The notes under the pieces: generated by a model
The model's database searches: none
What the model was told of the DNA's origin: nothing
What the model saw: the letters and a program-made list of their open reading frames with translations, nothing else
Position numbers and translations under genes: made by a program
Source of the DNA: the human T2T-CHM13v2.0 reference genome, Homo sapiens
Reading direction: 5' to 3' (one strand)
DNA length: 64,000 bases
Assembly: GCF_009914755.1 (NCBI RefSeq)
Contig: NC_060940.1
Part shown: positions 29,365 to 43,329 of the stretch, piece after piece
Numbering within the stretch: the stretch's first letter is position 1
Layout of the letters: the number at the start of each line of letters is the position of its first letter

Positions 29365-29966
29365 TGTTGCCAGAAAATGGTCTGGATCCAGACCCCAAGA
29401 GAGGGTTCTTGGACCTCGCACAAGAAAGATTCAGGGCGAGTCCATAGAGTAAAGTGAAAGCAAGTTTATTAGAGAAGTAAAGAAACAAAAGAATGGCTAT
29501 TCCATAGACAGAGCAGCCCCAAGGGCTGCTGGTTGGCTATATTTATGGTTATTTCTTGATCATAGGCTAAATAAGAAGTGGATTATTCATGAGTTTTCTG
29601 GGAAAAGGGAGGGCATTTCCTGGAACTAAGGGTTCCTCCCTATTTTAGACATACAGGGTAACTTCCCCATGTTTTCATGGCATTTGTAAACTGTCGTGGC
29701 ACTGGCGGGAGTGTCTTTCAGCATGTGAATGGTTTAATATTAACATACAATGAGCAGTGAGGACAAACAGAGGTCACTTTCTTTGCCATCTTGGTTTTGG
29801 TGGGTTTTGGCTGACTTCTTTACCTCATCCTGCTTATCATCAGGGGCTTTGTGACCTGTGTTTTGTGCCACCCTTCTATATATCTCGTCCTGTGACTAAA
29901 ACTGCCTAACCTCCTGGGAATGCCTCTGTTTAAGATGGAGCTGCTGTGGTTTGAGTGCCTCTGACA
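29365..29966 (-). mobile_element. MER41B solo LTR (ERV1)
   Basis: Minus strand starts tgtcagaggcactcaaacc and ends gggtctggatccagaccattttctggcaaca; contains the GAS-bearing segment absent from MER41A; 4-bp TSD attc. Confidence 0.9.
29596..29625. promoter_or_regulatory. Tandem GAS (STAT) motifs in MER41B
   Basis: TTCTGGGAA at 29596-29604 and TTCCTGGAA at 29617-29625, both matching TTCN3GAA. Confidence 0.7.
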
Positions 29967-30366
29967 ATTCTAATTGTATTTTAACTGTAACTAATTACCA
30001 TAGGTTAGAAAGCGTAGCAGGGAGGTAAGATAAAGTGGGGGTGGTTAATGCGGTTGGGGGTCATGTTTTAAAAACTATCACACAGTTATTCCCTTAAGCT
30101 ATGTACTCTATGAAATATAACAGCTGTTTCTTACAAATATTTATTAACCCATATACTCTTTTACAAATCTGTACCTTAACTCATTGTGTTTTCTTCACTA
30201 GAATGTGTTTTCTATTCTGATTCACCTGATTAATAGAGGACAAGGACCAGGTCTTCTTCTTCCTTATACACTCAGTAAAATTTAATAAATGGCAAAAGTC
30301 AATCATGACTTTAAATTTCTTGATAGCTGAGTATTTAGGACTTTGTTCACATTTCTGAGGTATTAT

Positions 30367-31715
30367 TTTTATAGTAGGTAGGTAGTCAGGCATGAGCAGG
30401 GCAGGAGAGGGCTCCCCCCACCCCACCAGGAATGTCAGGTGACCATCAGTGAGTAGATGAATGGATGAACGAATAAAATATTTCGTTGTGATGAAGCAGC
30501 ATCGTTGGTCTGGGGTAAATATCCGAGGTTCGTCGTCTCATGCCAAGGAAATCTAGTATGTGGACACACAAGAAATGGTTTTAGAAGTGGAGGTTTAATA
30601 GGCAAAAGAAAAAGGAGAACAGCTCTCTCCTAGGGGAGAGAGGGGTGCCCAAGTGAGACTTCTGGTCCCATGGTGAAGTGCACGGGGTTTTATAGACTGG
30701 CTTGAGGAGCTGCTGTCTGATTTACACAGGGCCCAAAGATTGGTTGGACCAGGCATGACGTTTACATAACACGGGAGGAAGCTGGCCACTCCACCCAATC
30801 TATTATGCAGATAGGGTCTTTGCCTGGCCAGGGTCATGTTGGCTGCTCCTTACTGTTTTACAAAGAAAAAGGAAGATGGAGCCACAATTTTGAGCATGGC
30901 TAGTCTCCAGGTAGCCCCTGACCTATTGGCACAGCTGTTGGCATTCACCCGTGCAAGCTTCTAGCTTGCCTTTCTATGTCTGCAGCTTGATTTTACAGGC
31001 TGCTCTTAGAAAAGAAAATGATTTGGGGGCTGCTTTTCATTAAAAGGAAAACCTTACCAAGGACCTCCTTGCCCTCACTATCTGCCTAAATAATTTCTTT
31101 TTAACTCTTGTATCAGTTACACAGTCTCTATAAAATGATAATTGGTTGCAGCTAGTGCCAGGGAAAGGCAGTCTCCTAATGGATGGAAATATCTGAAACT
31201 GGTGATCAGCGCTTCCTGATAAGATCTCAGGAGCTGCATGAGTGGACTCAAGCATGCAAATTAAGAGGCAAAATTGTGGAGTTTAACTGGTTTATCACCT
31301 TCCAGGGATATTTGGTAAGGAAACAACACCAGGTGAGCATGAGTACAACTCCAGTAAATACAGTGCACTTGCTCACCTCCCAGGTGCTAGCAGGCCATTG
31401 CGCATGCAGATAGCCTACCCCAAGGGAGAAGGGATGCAAAACTCTAGAAGTGTACTAATGTATAAAACCCAAGTCAAAAGGTCAAACAGTGCACTTGATC
31501 TCTCAAGTCGCCCGCTTGGCTCTCTTCCAAGTGTACTTTACTTCCTTTCATTCCTGCTGTAAAGCTTTTTAATAAACTTTCACTCCTGCTCTACATCTTG
31601 CCTCAGTCTCTCACTCTGCCTTATGGCCCTCGTAAGAAAGAAAGTCAAATTCTTTCTTCTGAGGAGGCAAGAATTGAGGTTGCTGCAGACCCATATGGAT
31701 TCGCTGCCGGTAACA
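30367..31715 (+). mobile_element. MER50 solo LTR (ERV1), split by a second LTR
   Basis: 5' part catgagcagggcaggagaggg...gaccatcag; 3' part from 31116 ending gattcgctgccggtaaca, with TATA box and AATAAA; TSD ttat. Confidence 0.88.
30492..31115 (-). mobile_element. LTR9-like solo LTR (ERV1) nested in MER50
   Basis: Minus strand tgatacaagagttaaaaagaaattatttaggcagatagtgaggg...gatgctgcttca with TG...CA termini; TSD gtga/gtta. Confidence 0.8.
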
Positions 31716-32079
31716 TTATGCTGAACATATTTCTAAAACATGTTGGTCCAGAGACTATTACTATATGGTATGCAAGCAGCCACTGTTCCTTCCTCTGCCC
31801 ATGTAGATATTGTTAACTGTTCAGGACACTCTACCTACGTGGTTTGCACTTGACCTCACAATATTTTTTATTTTTTTCAAAGTCCAGTTTCCAGGCTTAC
31901 AGAATATTTTTCAGCACAAACTTCAGAAAGGTATTTCCGTGTGTTGAATCACACACTTTCTTGTTTTTATTGAAAAATTAATTTCTGGATGATTTGATTT
32001 TTATATCGATTGATGTACTTCTCTTTAATGTGTTACTGAAATAAATAGAGTTGGTAGGCAATACAAAGAAGGAAGCTGT

Positions 32080-32290
32080 AATTAATTGGATACTTACTAC
32101 ATGCCACACCATTTGCCAGTATCACATTCTATAATTCTATGAACAGCTATCTCAGGTAAGTGATGCCTCCAAGATACAGATGAACTACCTGGAATTCAGA
32201 GGGTTTAAATCATCTGCCCAAGGTCATGCAGCTGGTAAACGTGGTGCATCCAGGAGGTAAACACAAGCAGTTCTATTTCCAGAGTTCCTT
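32080..32290 (-). mobile_element. MIR remnant
   Basis: tcagagggtttaaatcatctgcccaaggtcatgcagctggtaa. Confidence 0.65.
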
Positions 32291-34048
32291 CTTTTGCATT
32301 TCTCTGGAACACCAACTGACTCAGTCGCTGTGCCTCTGTATAAAACACCCATCTCCCTTGCCTCTCACTTGATTGCTGGACACTGGTGCTTTCATCACGG
32401 TGTGTTAGCAAGAGTGAGAGTATTAAGAAGCAAGTAGTCCCTTGTCTATTCATCTACTTCCTCCTCTGGATTAGCCTGAATAAGAATTAATTTTCTAATT
32501 TTCTCAGAGGCAAAGCTAACAAACAATGAATAGAGTGGAAGTGAGCTTCAATGCCGCCTGTCATCCTCCTGTCTAGATCCTGATAAGATAAAAGGTGAAG
32601 GGAGTTAATCATTAGTTTCTCCTCCCTTCAGGTAGTGGCCAAGAAGGAGCTGTCCTTCTGTCAGCAGCAGCAGGGACCTTGTTTAGTCTTTGTTGCCTTT
32701 GGATTCTCCAGGGGGAGAGGGTCATTGGGTTTTCCCTTCATGAAATTCACTGACTATTATCCTGACTGTTGTCAGAAGAGCCAAGAAACAATGGCTAGGC
32801 TCATCCACTATATTAAATGTAATTAGAGAATCAGGAGCTGGGCCACTCAGGCACAAATTCTTTCTTAAAAAATGTATATTTAAATAAATATGTGTTTATA
32901 TATTTTATATAGACTAAGCAAATCCTTCCACTTCAAAAATAGTACTGTTGCCTAAACTCAAATTGTGCTATTATAATCAATGGCACTGAGCAGATTTATA
33001 TCTAAGGCTTATGGGTTTCAATTACTTCAGGGGACAATCTGGTAACTGAAGATAGAAATTCTTACCTCAAAGTGGCATTCAGTAAGAATTTCAGGCCCTA
33101 CAGGGGATGGTTCAGAGGATCCCTACCAATATACTTCCCCTCTCCAAAATATGGGGCACACATATAGTCAGTGTGTGTGTGCGTGTATGTTGCTTCAGCG
33201 ACAAAATATTAAAGATGCAGGCATTGTATATTCAGGCACTCTCAGCTGTGATCGTAGAGCATTATATACAAATATTTAAACAGCGCATTTAACTTACTGA
33301 ATTGTTACGCTCTGCGTATAACTCCTCATTTTCTAGTTTCTAAACTTTTAGAGCACTTTAGTAGTCGTAGAAGTGGCAGTAATAATAATAAAATAATAAT
33401 GATAGTAAGGAGAAGATCTAACTTACTGGTTCTACTATTAGCACCGTAACTACTATTATTAAGAACTACCTTGATAAGGGGCAATGTTGCTTGTACAGCC
33501 TCATCTATGTAGTTATTCATTTATTTCATCCTTATGATTGATCCTTCAACATTGGTACTTTATTATTCCAGCAGTTGAGGAAATTACAAGAATAATGGTG
33601 ATTCTAATAAACAGAAATGTGGATGGGCATAGAAGAGTAAGAAATTGATAGCCCTCCAGTTAAAAACACCCAAAACTAATTAGTGGTACACATAAGCCAA
33701 GAATTGAGAAGACCAAGTCTAAAGCCAGGAGGTGTAAATAAAGAAGCAACATGTGTAGCTGAAAGAGTATGCTCATTAGAGTCAGAAAAGTATGGTTTTA
33801 AATTTTCTTTTGAAGGTCAAGAGTAAAACCAATCTGCAAAAGAGGATAAAATTGGAGCTAACTTGGAAAATTGTTGCAAGAATTAGAATGCCTGTCATTC
33901 TAGCTGTTACCAATGATTAGTGGGATAAGAATTTTTGTAAATTGTTTCTAGGAGTGAAGATGTAAGAGAACATAAGGGTTAAGGGTTCAGTTGTAAGGAC
34001 TCTCCATTCTTGGGATGGGAGAAAGAAGAGGAGACTAAAGATGGGAAC

Positions 34049-34473
34049 TGATGAAAGAAAAACCTCAGCTGAATTAAATTTAAAGGAGTTTAATTGAGCA
34101 ATGAATGATTTGTGAATCGGACAGCCCCAGAATCACAGCAGATTCACAGAGAGTCTAGCGCAGCCACGTGGTGGAAGAAGATTTATAGACAAAAAAAAGG
34201 AAATGACGTACAGCAATTGGTAGTGAGGAATAGAAATGGCGGGATTAGTTACAGGTTGGCGTTTGCCTTATTTGAACACAGTTTGAACACTTACAGTCTA
34301 TGAGTGGTTGAAGTATGGCTGCTGGGATTGGCCAAGACAGTTATTGTTACAGGTGCATACTCCTGAGTTAGGTTTTCAATCTTGTCTGACTATTAAGCTA
34401 GGTTATAGTTCATCCACAAGGACTTAAATATAGAAGTACAGAGTCCTTAGGCCATATTTAGTTTGCTTTAACA
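34049..34473 (-). mobile_element. MER57-family solo LTR (ERV1)
   Basis: Minus strand starts tgttaaagcaaactaaatatggcc; TG...CA termini; 4-bp TSD gaac. Confidence 0.88.
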
Positions 34474-35461
34474 GAACTAAAGAATGATTAAAGAGGCAGG
34501 AAGAAAAGCATAACAGGGATCTGTTACGGAAGCCTAACCCTTTGATCAAGGGTAACAAGGTTGGGGAAGATACAGGCCAACCGCCTTGTTAAGAATGAAG
34601 TCGTCTCTGACAGGCAGGACCATTCTCATAGGACTGGAACTTTAAACACAAACATGAAAAAATTATTTTGTGCTTATTTCCCACAAATCCAGTGAGATAA
34701 AAGTCCAGGCTCCCTAGGAACCAGCAACTTTAATTGCAGTGAGAAGTCGCATAGGGAGTAAATGGCCAAGGCAGAATTTGGGCCCAGATTTTCCTGGATC
34801 CAGGTCCACAGGAGTCAATACTTCCAAAGCCAGGGGCCAGTGGGGAGAGATGTGAAATGATGATTTTTTTTCCTTTTTCTTCAGTAGTTATGAATAGCAA
34901 CTGAGATCAGCAGCCATTATGTAACTAACAGTTTGATAAACTCTTTGTTAGAACCTTAGGCGTCTTTAAAAAGGCATAGATTTAACTGGGAAGAGGTGCC
35001 ACAGATCAATACATCGACACGTCTTATAATTCCTGGGTCCTCCTCTGCCTCAGTGAACACAAGTTCAGGAAATACTTGCTCGTGTATCACAATGACATAA
35101 CCATAGCCTGACAATGTAAGGAGTATGACCATGACATGTTTTCAGTACCTTTTAAAATGAAATGCAAGTGAACTGGCCTTTTTTTGTTCCTCAACAGTGG
35201 TTATGTAAAACAAATATTTATGATAATTTTTAAAAGTTTGTTTCAGTGCAAAAATAAAGCAATTTATAAGACAAAAGAGACAAATGGCTAAATTAAGAGA
35301 GTTGAATGATTAAAATGCACCCCCACACACGGTAAAAAACGTAGTTAAATTGCACACACTGAAACCACAATAAAAGAGGATCATTTTATTGTCAAACAAG
35401 TAAACCTCTCCTTAAGTGTACTTTTTCTATATAAGCAAAATTATAGTCTTACTGGGTCTTG

Positions 35462-35742
35462 TTTTTAAATTTTTTTAAATTGGCAAAAATACATATTTAT
35501 TTATGGCATACAATATGGTATTTTGATATATGTATACATTGTGGAATGCTAAATTAAGCTAATTAACATATATATTACCTCACATACTTGTCATTGTCTT
35601 TTTGTGGTGAGAACACTTAAAATCTACTCTTTTAGCAATTTTAAAATATACAGTATATTGTTATTCACTGTAGTCACCATGATGTACAATAGATCTCTTA
35701 AATTTATTCCTCCTGTCTAACTGCAATTTTGTATCTTTTGAT
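35462..35742 (-). mobile_element. L1MA-type 3' end fragment
   Basis: gctaattaacatatatattacctcacatac...gtggtgagaacacttaaaatctactct; same family as the 3' end at 7605. Confidence 0.9.
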
Positions 35743-36092
35743 GAGGTCCTTTTTTTTTTTTTACCCTCAGAAAAATATGTTGCCAGATTCGATCTTTATC
35801 ATCAGCTTGCAGAGTCCTCAAGAGTGTTTGGCTAGTTTTGTTTATAAAAATGTCCCATGAGACATTTGCAGGTCTATTTTTCATTTAAATTGGGTGGGCA
35901 AGCAGGTAAAAGAAGTTCCTAAAGACATGAACTTCTATAGCTCAATGAATAATAACCACAATTAACATTTATTGAGCATTTACTAAGTGTCAGAGACTGT
36001 GTTAATGCCTTAAATGGATTGTCTACTTCAATTAACTCTATGAGTTAAATATGAGAAAATGGAAATGTAGAGAGATTAATTTCCCAGAATCA

Positions 36093-36432
<340 letters not shown>

Positions 36433-37157
36433 GCAAGTAAATCCTATACTGCTAACCAAGGATTACATTCTTCATTTTCTTGTCAATTTGAAGAAAAAAA
36501 TTCCACCCACTGTTTGCTAGACCAGTGCAAATTTAACATTGACAAAAATCCATTATCTCTAAAATTAGTGCCTATGACAGTCTTCCTGATTGATAGATCT
36601 GAATTTTCCAGCATGAAAAATATTTTTAATGAGCTCATGTTATCAATAGCAGACAGCTTGGTAACAAGATTTTTATTACTATTAACAATAACAATGACAT
36701 TAAAGGATAAGATAGTAACTCCTAACAGGTACTGAGCATTTACATATACCAGGAGTGGTAATATGAAAAATACCTTTGCTGTTGCTTTTTCATTGACCAT
36801 TGGTGATTCTAATAAGTCCAAGTGCTTAGTATGATGCCTGCTCCTCTTCTGTCCCTGTCATACCACGTTGCCCAAAGGGAAGATACATGACTGAAGCTGA
36901 GCTAATCAACTTTCCCCTGCTGCGAATGTGAATCTTGAGCATAAAGACAGAAGGCAATTGGAGATGCATTATTCAAAACAACTCTAGAGATGGTCTATGA
37001 GTTCCCATGTCTTAGATCCCCAGAACTATTCTACTTCTGACTTTCCTGTGTTGATTATTTAACTATTTCTTAGAGTCTGTAAATTTCCCCAAACCCTTCC
37101 AGTACGTTTGTGTCTGTTTTATTTTGTATTGTTTTCTTGTTATCACAGTGCTGTGAT

Positions 37158-37282
37158 AGATTCCAATTTATGATATTCAGCATAGTCCTCTCTGTCCTCA
37201 ATTTGCCTCTACAAACTTCTGCTTTGTGGTACATATCATCATGATGATCAAATCCTTATTTATGTGGATATTTGCTGAATAT
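37158..37282 (+). repeat. 125-bp local duplicate of 38990-39114
   Basis: Ungapped manual alignment, 8 mismatches in 125 bp. Confidence 0.92.
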
Positions 37283-37479
37283 CAGGCTTATTTGGTCGCA
37301 AGTGAATGAATACAATTCTGGCTTAGAGTACTTGTGGTTGGAATTGTGATCTCAGGGTTCAAAAGACAAAAGTAAAGCTCACAAAAGTTAAATGGACAGA
37401 CAGACCTGGATATAGTAGATCCTAATGCCAAAATTGTTATCTCATGTCCAGAACAGTGAAAGTTTTCTGATAAAGTTTC

Positions 37480-37951
37480 TGATTCTACTCTACTTACATG
37501 CCAAAAAGTTAGCCTGCCACAGTATCATTGTTACTGGCTGAAGACATGCAATGTGTGGTCAGAGACAAGGGACAGCAGAAGCAATATCAAAGCTTCATGT
37601 TCATTTGTGTTAGCTCCCTTTGTACCCGGCCAAGTCTAAGGGGGTGACTCAAAGGGCCCATGGTAAATTCCTGCACACATAGTGAGGTGCATTACAGGAA
37701 AGAAAGTCTGAGTGGTGGGATTTACCACTTTCATAATAAATGGAAGAAAGGCTGTGCTTTGTTGGCAGGGGTGAGGGTGACGGGGTAGAGTGGGACAGGG
37801 AGAGGTTACCTCATCTCTCAAAGTAGTTTCTGCAAACATAGCCCTGAAAAAATGGTCCAGAAAAATAAAGGTCAGGGTTTTGCATTCATAGCAGATGCTG
37901 CAAGAATGTGCAAGGATGCTCAAAGCCCATGGCTGGTAGCCTCTCCCAATA
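37480..37951 (-). mobile_element. ERVL-class solo LTR (LTR47-like)
   Basis: aagttagcctgccacagtatcat...ggtcagagacaaggga and ggatgctcaaagcccatgg...ctcccaata; family name tentative. Confidence 0.65.
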
Positions 37952-38339
37952 CTTAACGGTGATCTATCGCTTTTCATGTATTAAGGTGGAGGTGTTAGTA
38001 TTCCAATACATTGTAAAATAAATCTCCTACTCCTCTTCTGCCTGCACCCCACTCCTGCTTGTCCAAATCAAATGAGACAGGCTCAATTAATAGGGGCACT
38101 AGCTTTGCTTGGGAATATTTCAGAACCTTTTCAGGACACTTAAGAGCAGGCATAGATTTGGTGGAGCATTCAGGAAGCACAAATATAGAGAGACTGTGAA
38201 ATTATATCTGATTTGATATCGTTGCTGACATTTTGTGTTTTGATGCCTTGGACAGAAACAACACAGGATCCGAAATCAAGTAATGTATGTGTACACATCG
38301 TTGTACACACATTGAAAAATAAAAGCATAATCGATATTA

Positions 38340-39245
38340 ATGGGTATTTTATTTCTAGATATTTATTAAGCATCTCTCTTTGTCCAGGTACTCTGTTAGA
38401 TGCTAGGAATGCAGGGGGAAACAAAATAGATTTGACTTCTGTGCTCAAGGGTCTTGCTATCCAGTGATATTTATAGGGAAAAACTAACTCGTAGGAGACT
38501 TTACCAGTTTGTGTGCAGCACTTTACAAGACAAGTGCGTTCGTATTCATTATTTCATGCGATCCTAAAAATAATGTAGAGATGTCAGTATTATAAACAAT
38601 AGTAGCCTACAAATAAGGAAAGTAAGGCCTAGACAAATTAAGTGATTTGCCAAAGACTGCACTGCTGGCGTGTGACTGAGCTAACACTCACAAAATACTT
38701 CTGATGGATTTCATTTTTTTCATTCAACAAATATTTATTGACATCTATGTGCTCGGCATGTGCTATGTACTGAGTATTCACAGGTGATTGGTATCTGAGG
38801 CCCTTATATCTCAGCTCTATCAGCTATTAGCTATGTGATCTCAGGGCTGCATTAAGGCCTGGGGCAAGGGTGTGTTAGAGGCTTTACCCGCCAAAGCAGA
38901 ACTCACTTTGGGGAGTGACTTTCCATGTTGCTCAGTCCATGTGGAATCCTTTTTTTTCTCTTTTTCACCTGGCAAATTCTCTATCCTTCAGATTCCAGTT
39001 CATGATATTCAACATAGCCTTCTCTGTCCTCAATTTGCCTCTATAAACTTCTGCTTTGTGGTACATATCATCATTATGATCAAATCCTTATTTATGTGGA
39101 TATTTGCTGGATATAAAAATTTCTAATTAGACTGGACATTCCAACGGGGGGGGAGGACTGGGGCTACTTTAGTTGTCCATGTTTTATTTGACATGTAGCA
39201 AAGTTTCTGGCACTCAAGTATTTGTTTGAATGAACAAATGCATGA
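38340..39245. mobile_element. L2 and MIR remnants
   Basis: ttcattcaacaaatatttattgac (L2 end, -), ttaagtgatttgccaaag (MIR), ctggcaaattc...agtatttgtttgaatgaacaaatg (L2, +). Confidence 0.65.
38855..38915 (+). repeat. About 60-bp local duplicate of 40064-40123
   Basis: aggcctggg...tgttagaggcttta...agcagaa.tcactt.ggggag; 8 mismatches plus 1 gap. Confidence 0.85.
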
Positions 39246-39282
39246 CTTCTAAAAGTACCCCAAATACAGTTTAGAATAGTTA

Positions 39283-39578
<296 letters not shown>

Positions 39579-39609
39579 TAGAGTAGTTATATAATTTGGC
39601 ATTGTAATA

Positions 39610-39750
39610 GGTTTTCTTAAGTCCATTTTTCAGAAGAGGAAAACTAGACTCACAGAACTTCACAGAGTTCCCTGAGGTCACACAGCTCACAGTTGGCTGA
39701 GCTGGGATTAGAACCCAGGTCAACACAGCACTCGAGCCAGTGTTCCTAAC
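39610..39750 (-). mobile_element. MIR remnant
   Basis: gaggaaaactagactcacag...aggtcacacagct...gagctgggattagaacccaggt. Confidence 0.7.
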
Positions 39751-40753
39751 AACCACAACAAAGGTTTATTGTGTCCTCAAGGAAAGCATTTTGCTCCAAG
39801 CAACATTTTTTCTTTGTATGCCACAAGCAACTTGCGTGGACCTAGATTGTCTCTTTCACAGATCCCTAGCTTCATCTCCAGCTTTATATTTTCTTTCCTC
39901 CTGTTTTCAGCTAAAAGCCGAAGCAGCACACAGCAGGAATTGACCAGAAAGGAGAGCTGGCAGGGGAAGAATCTGTAATTAAGCAAACAAGCAACAGCAG
40001 ACAGTATCCATGGGCAGCACCACCTGGACTGTCCTTCCAGCCAATGCAAATGTGACCTTCCAGAGGCCTGGGCAGGAGGGTGTTAGAGGCTTTAGCTGCC
40101 ACAGCAGAAATCACTTGGGGGAGAAGTGAGGAGCACTGGAGAGAGATGACTTTGTTACCTGGACCGTTGTTCCCTGGGTAGAGACTGCAGGCCTGGTCTT
40201 CAAAGGCTTGCTGCTGTTTTGTGTGTTCAGAAGCAATTTAGAAAATGCTGTCATGTCAACTTTATTTCCTCGCTCTCTAGGGGTAACTCAGTGGTTGCCC
40301 AAAAATAATCCCCTATGAGGCTGAAACTTACTGTAAGGTGTTCACTTCACTGGGCTTAACTTCAAATGTACAGGAGCCAGAATTTTTAATGAACTTTATT
40401 TTATAAAGCCTATTGATTTTTTTTCTAATTATAAAAGAAATGCACACTCATGCTAAAAAAACCTTGAAATTTTAGACAAGTATCAAGCAAATAAAAAATC
40501 ATCTGTAATGCAGGTTTTGTCTTATAGTCACTGCATAATTTACTCTGAGTTTCTCAAGAAATATGCTCCAGTCTCTCTGTGTTTATACTAAAATGTATTT
40601 AGGGGCGTGAGTATTTGAAGCATTAGGCATCTTGTGAGGCATCAGCACCCTAAAACTAACACATTGTTGCTTTTTGTCTTTTTTTAATGCCAATACATAA
40701 AGCAAAATTTTGGTGAATTTAAGTGCTGTGAATACTCTTCCCACAGTTCGTGA

Positions 40754-41088
<335 letters not shown>

Positions 41089-41386
41089 AGATTTACTTGG
41101 ATTTTGCTCTCTCCTGGACTTACCAAATCCTTTCTAGGACTTAGTCCATAGTTACACCCCTCAAATAACTGTAAAACCAACTCTCTGTAAGAATGATATT
41201 TACCGGGAGGCAAGATCTACTGCTCAACCTGCAAGTGCTCAGAAAAGAATGACACAGTGAAAGAAAGAGCTGATGAATGAGTGAATAGATGCATGGAAAT
41301 AAATTCTGTTGGGATCTTTAGAAGCTGTACCTTAACTTTTTTTTTTTTTTCTTCACAATTTACTAAATGGGTATGGAGTGCTTTCA

Positions 41387-41618
41387 TAGTGGTTCTCAAC
41401 TTGGGTGGGGGCTGATTTGCCTCTCAGGGGACCTTTTGGAATATGACATTGGACATTTTTGATGTCACAACTAGGGGGTGGGTGTGCCCTTTACCTAGTG
41501 AATAAAGACCAGGGATGCTATTAAACATTCTGCAATACATGGGGCATCCCCCCACAACAAAGAATTATCAAACTGCCAATTACTAAAATGTTAATAGAGC
41601 CTAGGCTGAGAAACCCTG
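41387..41618 (-). mobile_element. MER20 (hAT-Charlie)
   Basis: agtggttctcaac...ccagggatgctattaaacattctgcaat...ggctgagaaaccctg. Confidence 0.88.
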
Positions 41619-43329
41619 GTGTAGCACAAAGGTGGGTACATTTCACTGATTTTGTAGGGAGGAGTAGGGAACTAGACGACTATCACACTGAGCAGAGTGG
41701 ATACCTACAGGTCAAACACGAAGGATTCCTGTGCAGATAAATAAGACCATAAAAGTGATGATAAAACAACGCCATCTCTTCTATTAAGAAAAGAAATCAT
41801 CTTTTTTTCTTGGCACAGATGGTCTTAGGCCTGTAAATCTGCCATTCTTTCAGTAATCACATGAAGAAAAGGGATGATTTAAAGCAGTTATAAGGTTTAT
41901 CTTGCAGAAGGAAAGTGTGGGTGTGTGAAGAAGAATAGTAAACATAAATTCTGTTTTACATCTGAGAAGCAAAGCCATTTAGACTATTACACAGCTTCCA
42001 TCTGAGCTATGGCTGAAAGGGAGGTGTAAGATATGGTCAATGATTTTAAATGATTGATGAGGATTTCTGTAAAAGGAATACAAAGGCCTGGGTAAAGCCA
42101 GGACTTTCTGATGTGCCATAATAGAATTTTATACTGTTTTTCCCACAGTCAAAGTTCAGTAGTATAGATAAATTGTTACCTTGTATTAGTACTTTCTAGG
42201 CTGCCTGTCAGAATGCTTTATTCAAAGAGACAGATTTATATTTCACAAGGAAATGATTTCTAAAGCTCTTACAGTTAATAATTTTTCATCTAGAGAAAAG
42301 GCAGATTCAGCCATTCCACCCAGAGATTGGGAGATTAGCCCAGAATGAGCTCAGTACATGAAATACTTTTTTTTTGATATTTAAATCGGGAATCATATCT
42401 TAATGTTGTGAAAGAGAGCACAGAAAAATGACTGCTTTTTTATTACATAAAAATTCTACTTATGTCTTCCTTTGGTTTTTTTATGGCCCTTAAGTCAGAT
42501 GATTGAGAGTATCCCTAATAATGCATGTTACCCAAGCATTTACCTATTGATACAACATACTTTATCGGCAAATATTTGCAGGGTATCCAATCAAAGTCAT
42601 TTCTAGGGAGAAAAACTCATAAATGGGAAGAAATAATATACTGTTTTCCTGAAACAACCTTTTTCTTCCTTTTCTCTTTCTCTTCATTAAACAATTCTTT
42701 TATTTCTACAACTGTTATGAGGCACCTACAGTATTCTGGTACTGAGCTATTAATAGAGTCAGAGAACAAACAAAAATCATTCTGGTTCCTGGTGCCATGC
42801 ACTGTCCAGGGTGCTGAATGGATGGAGTCAGCAAGCTCAGGTGGAATAATTTGTGTATAGAGAAGAATGGTTTATCGGAAAAAATCAACCAAACAAACAA
42901 AAACTGGATCAGAAACTGCGGACCCTTGTTTTTATCCAGTATCATGGCCCATCACCTCTGTGGCTTTGACTAAATTATTTAAACATTCCTATATAATTCT
43001 TTTCCAAATGGAAAGTTAAAGTCCTACCGAAGTGAGATTCATTGTTTGATAAAAGGGTAGGCTCTGATAAACACTTAATGCAATTCGCTTTAATAAGAAT
43101 TCATAGAGCAACTACACTGAACTAAGCACACGTGGGATAGAAGTTAGAACTGAGATACAATAAGGAATGAGTCCTTGCCATCGGAGAATTAGCAACTAGA
43201 AAAATAAATATATGAACTCATATTTGACTGTCAAGCTAAAAGAAACATGTTCTCACAACACATGATGTAACAGAAGAAAACTGTATATCCAATTTGGTAG
43301 TGAACGTATATATTCCCATGTGTTCTATG

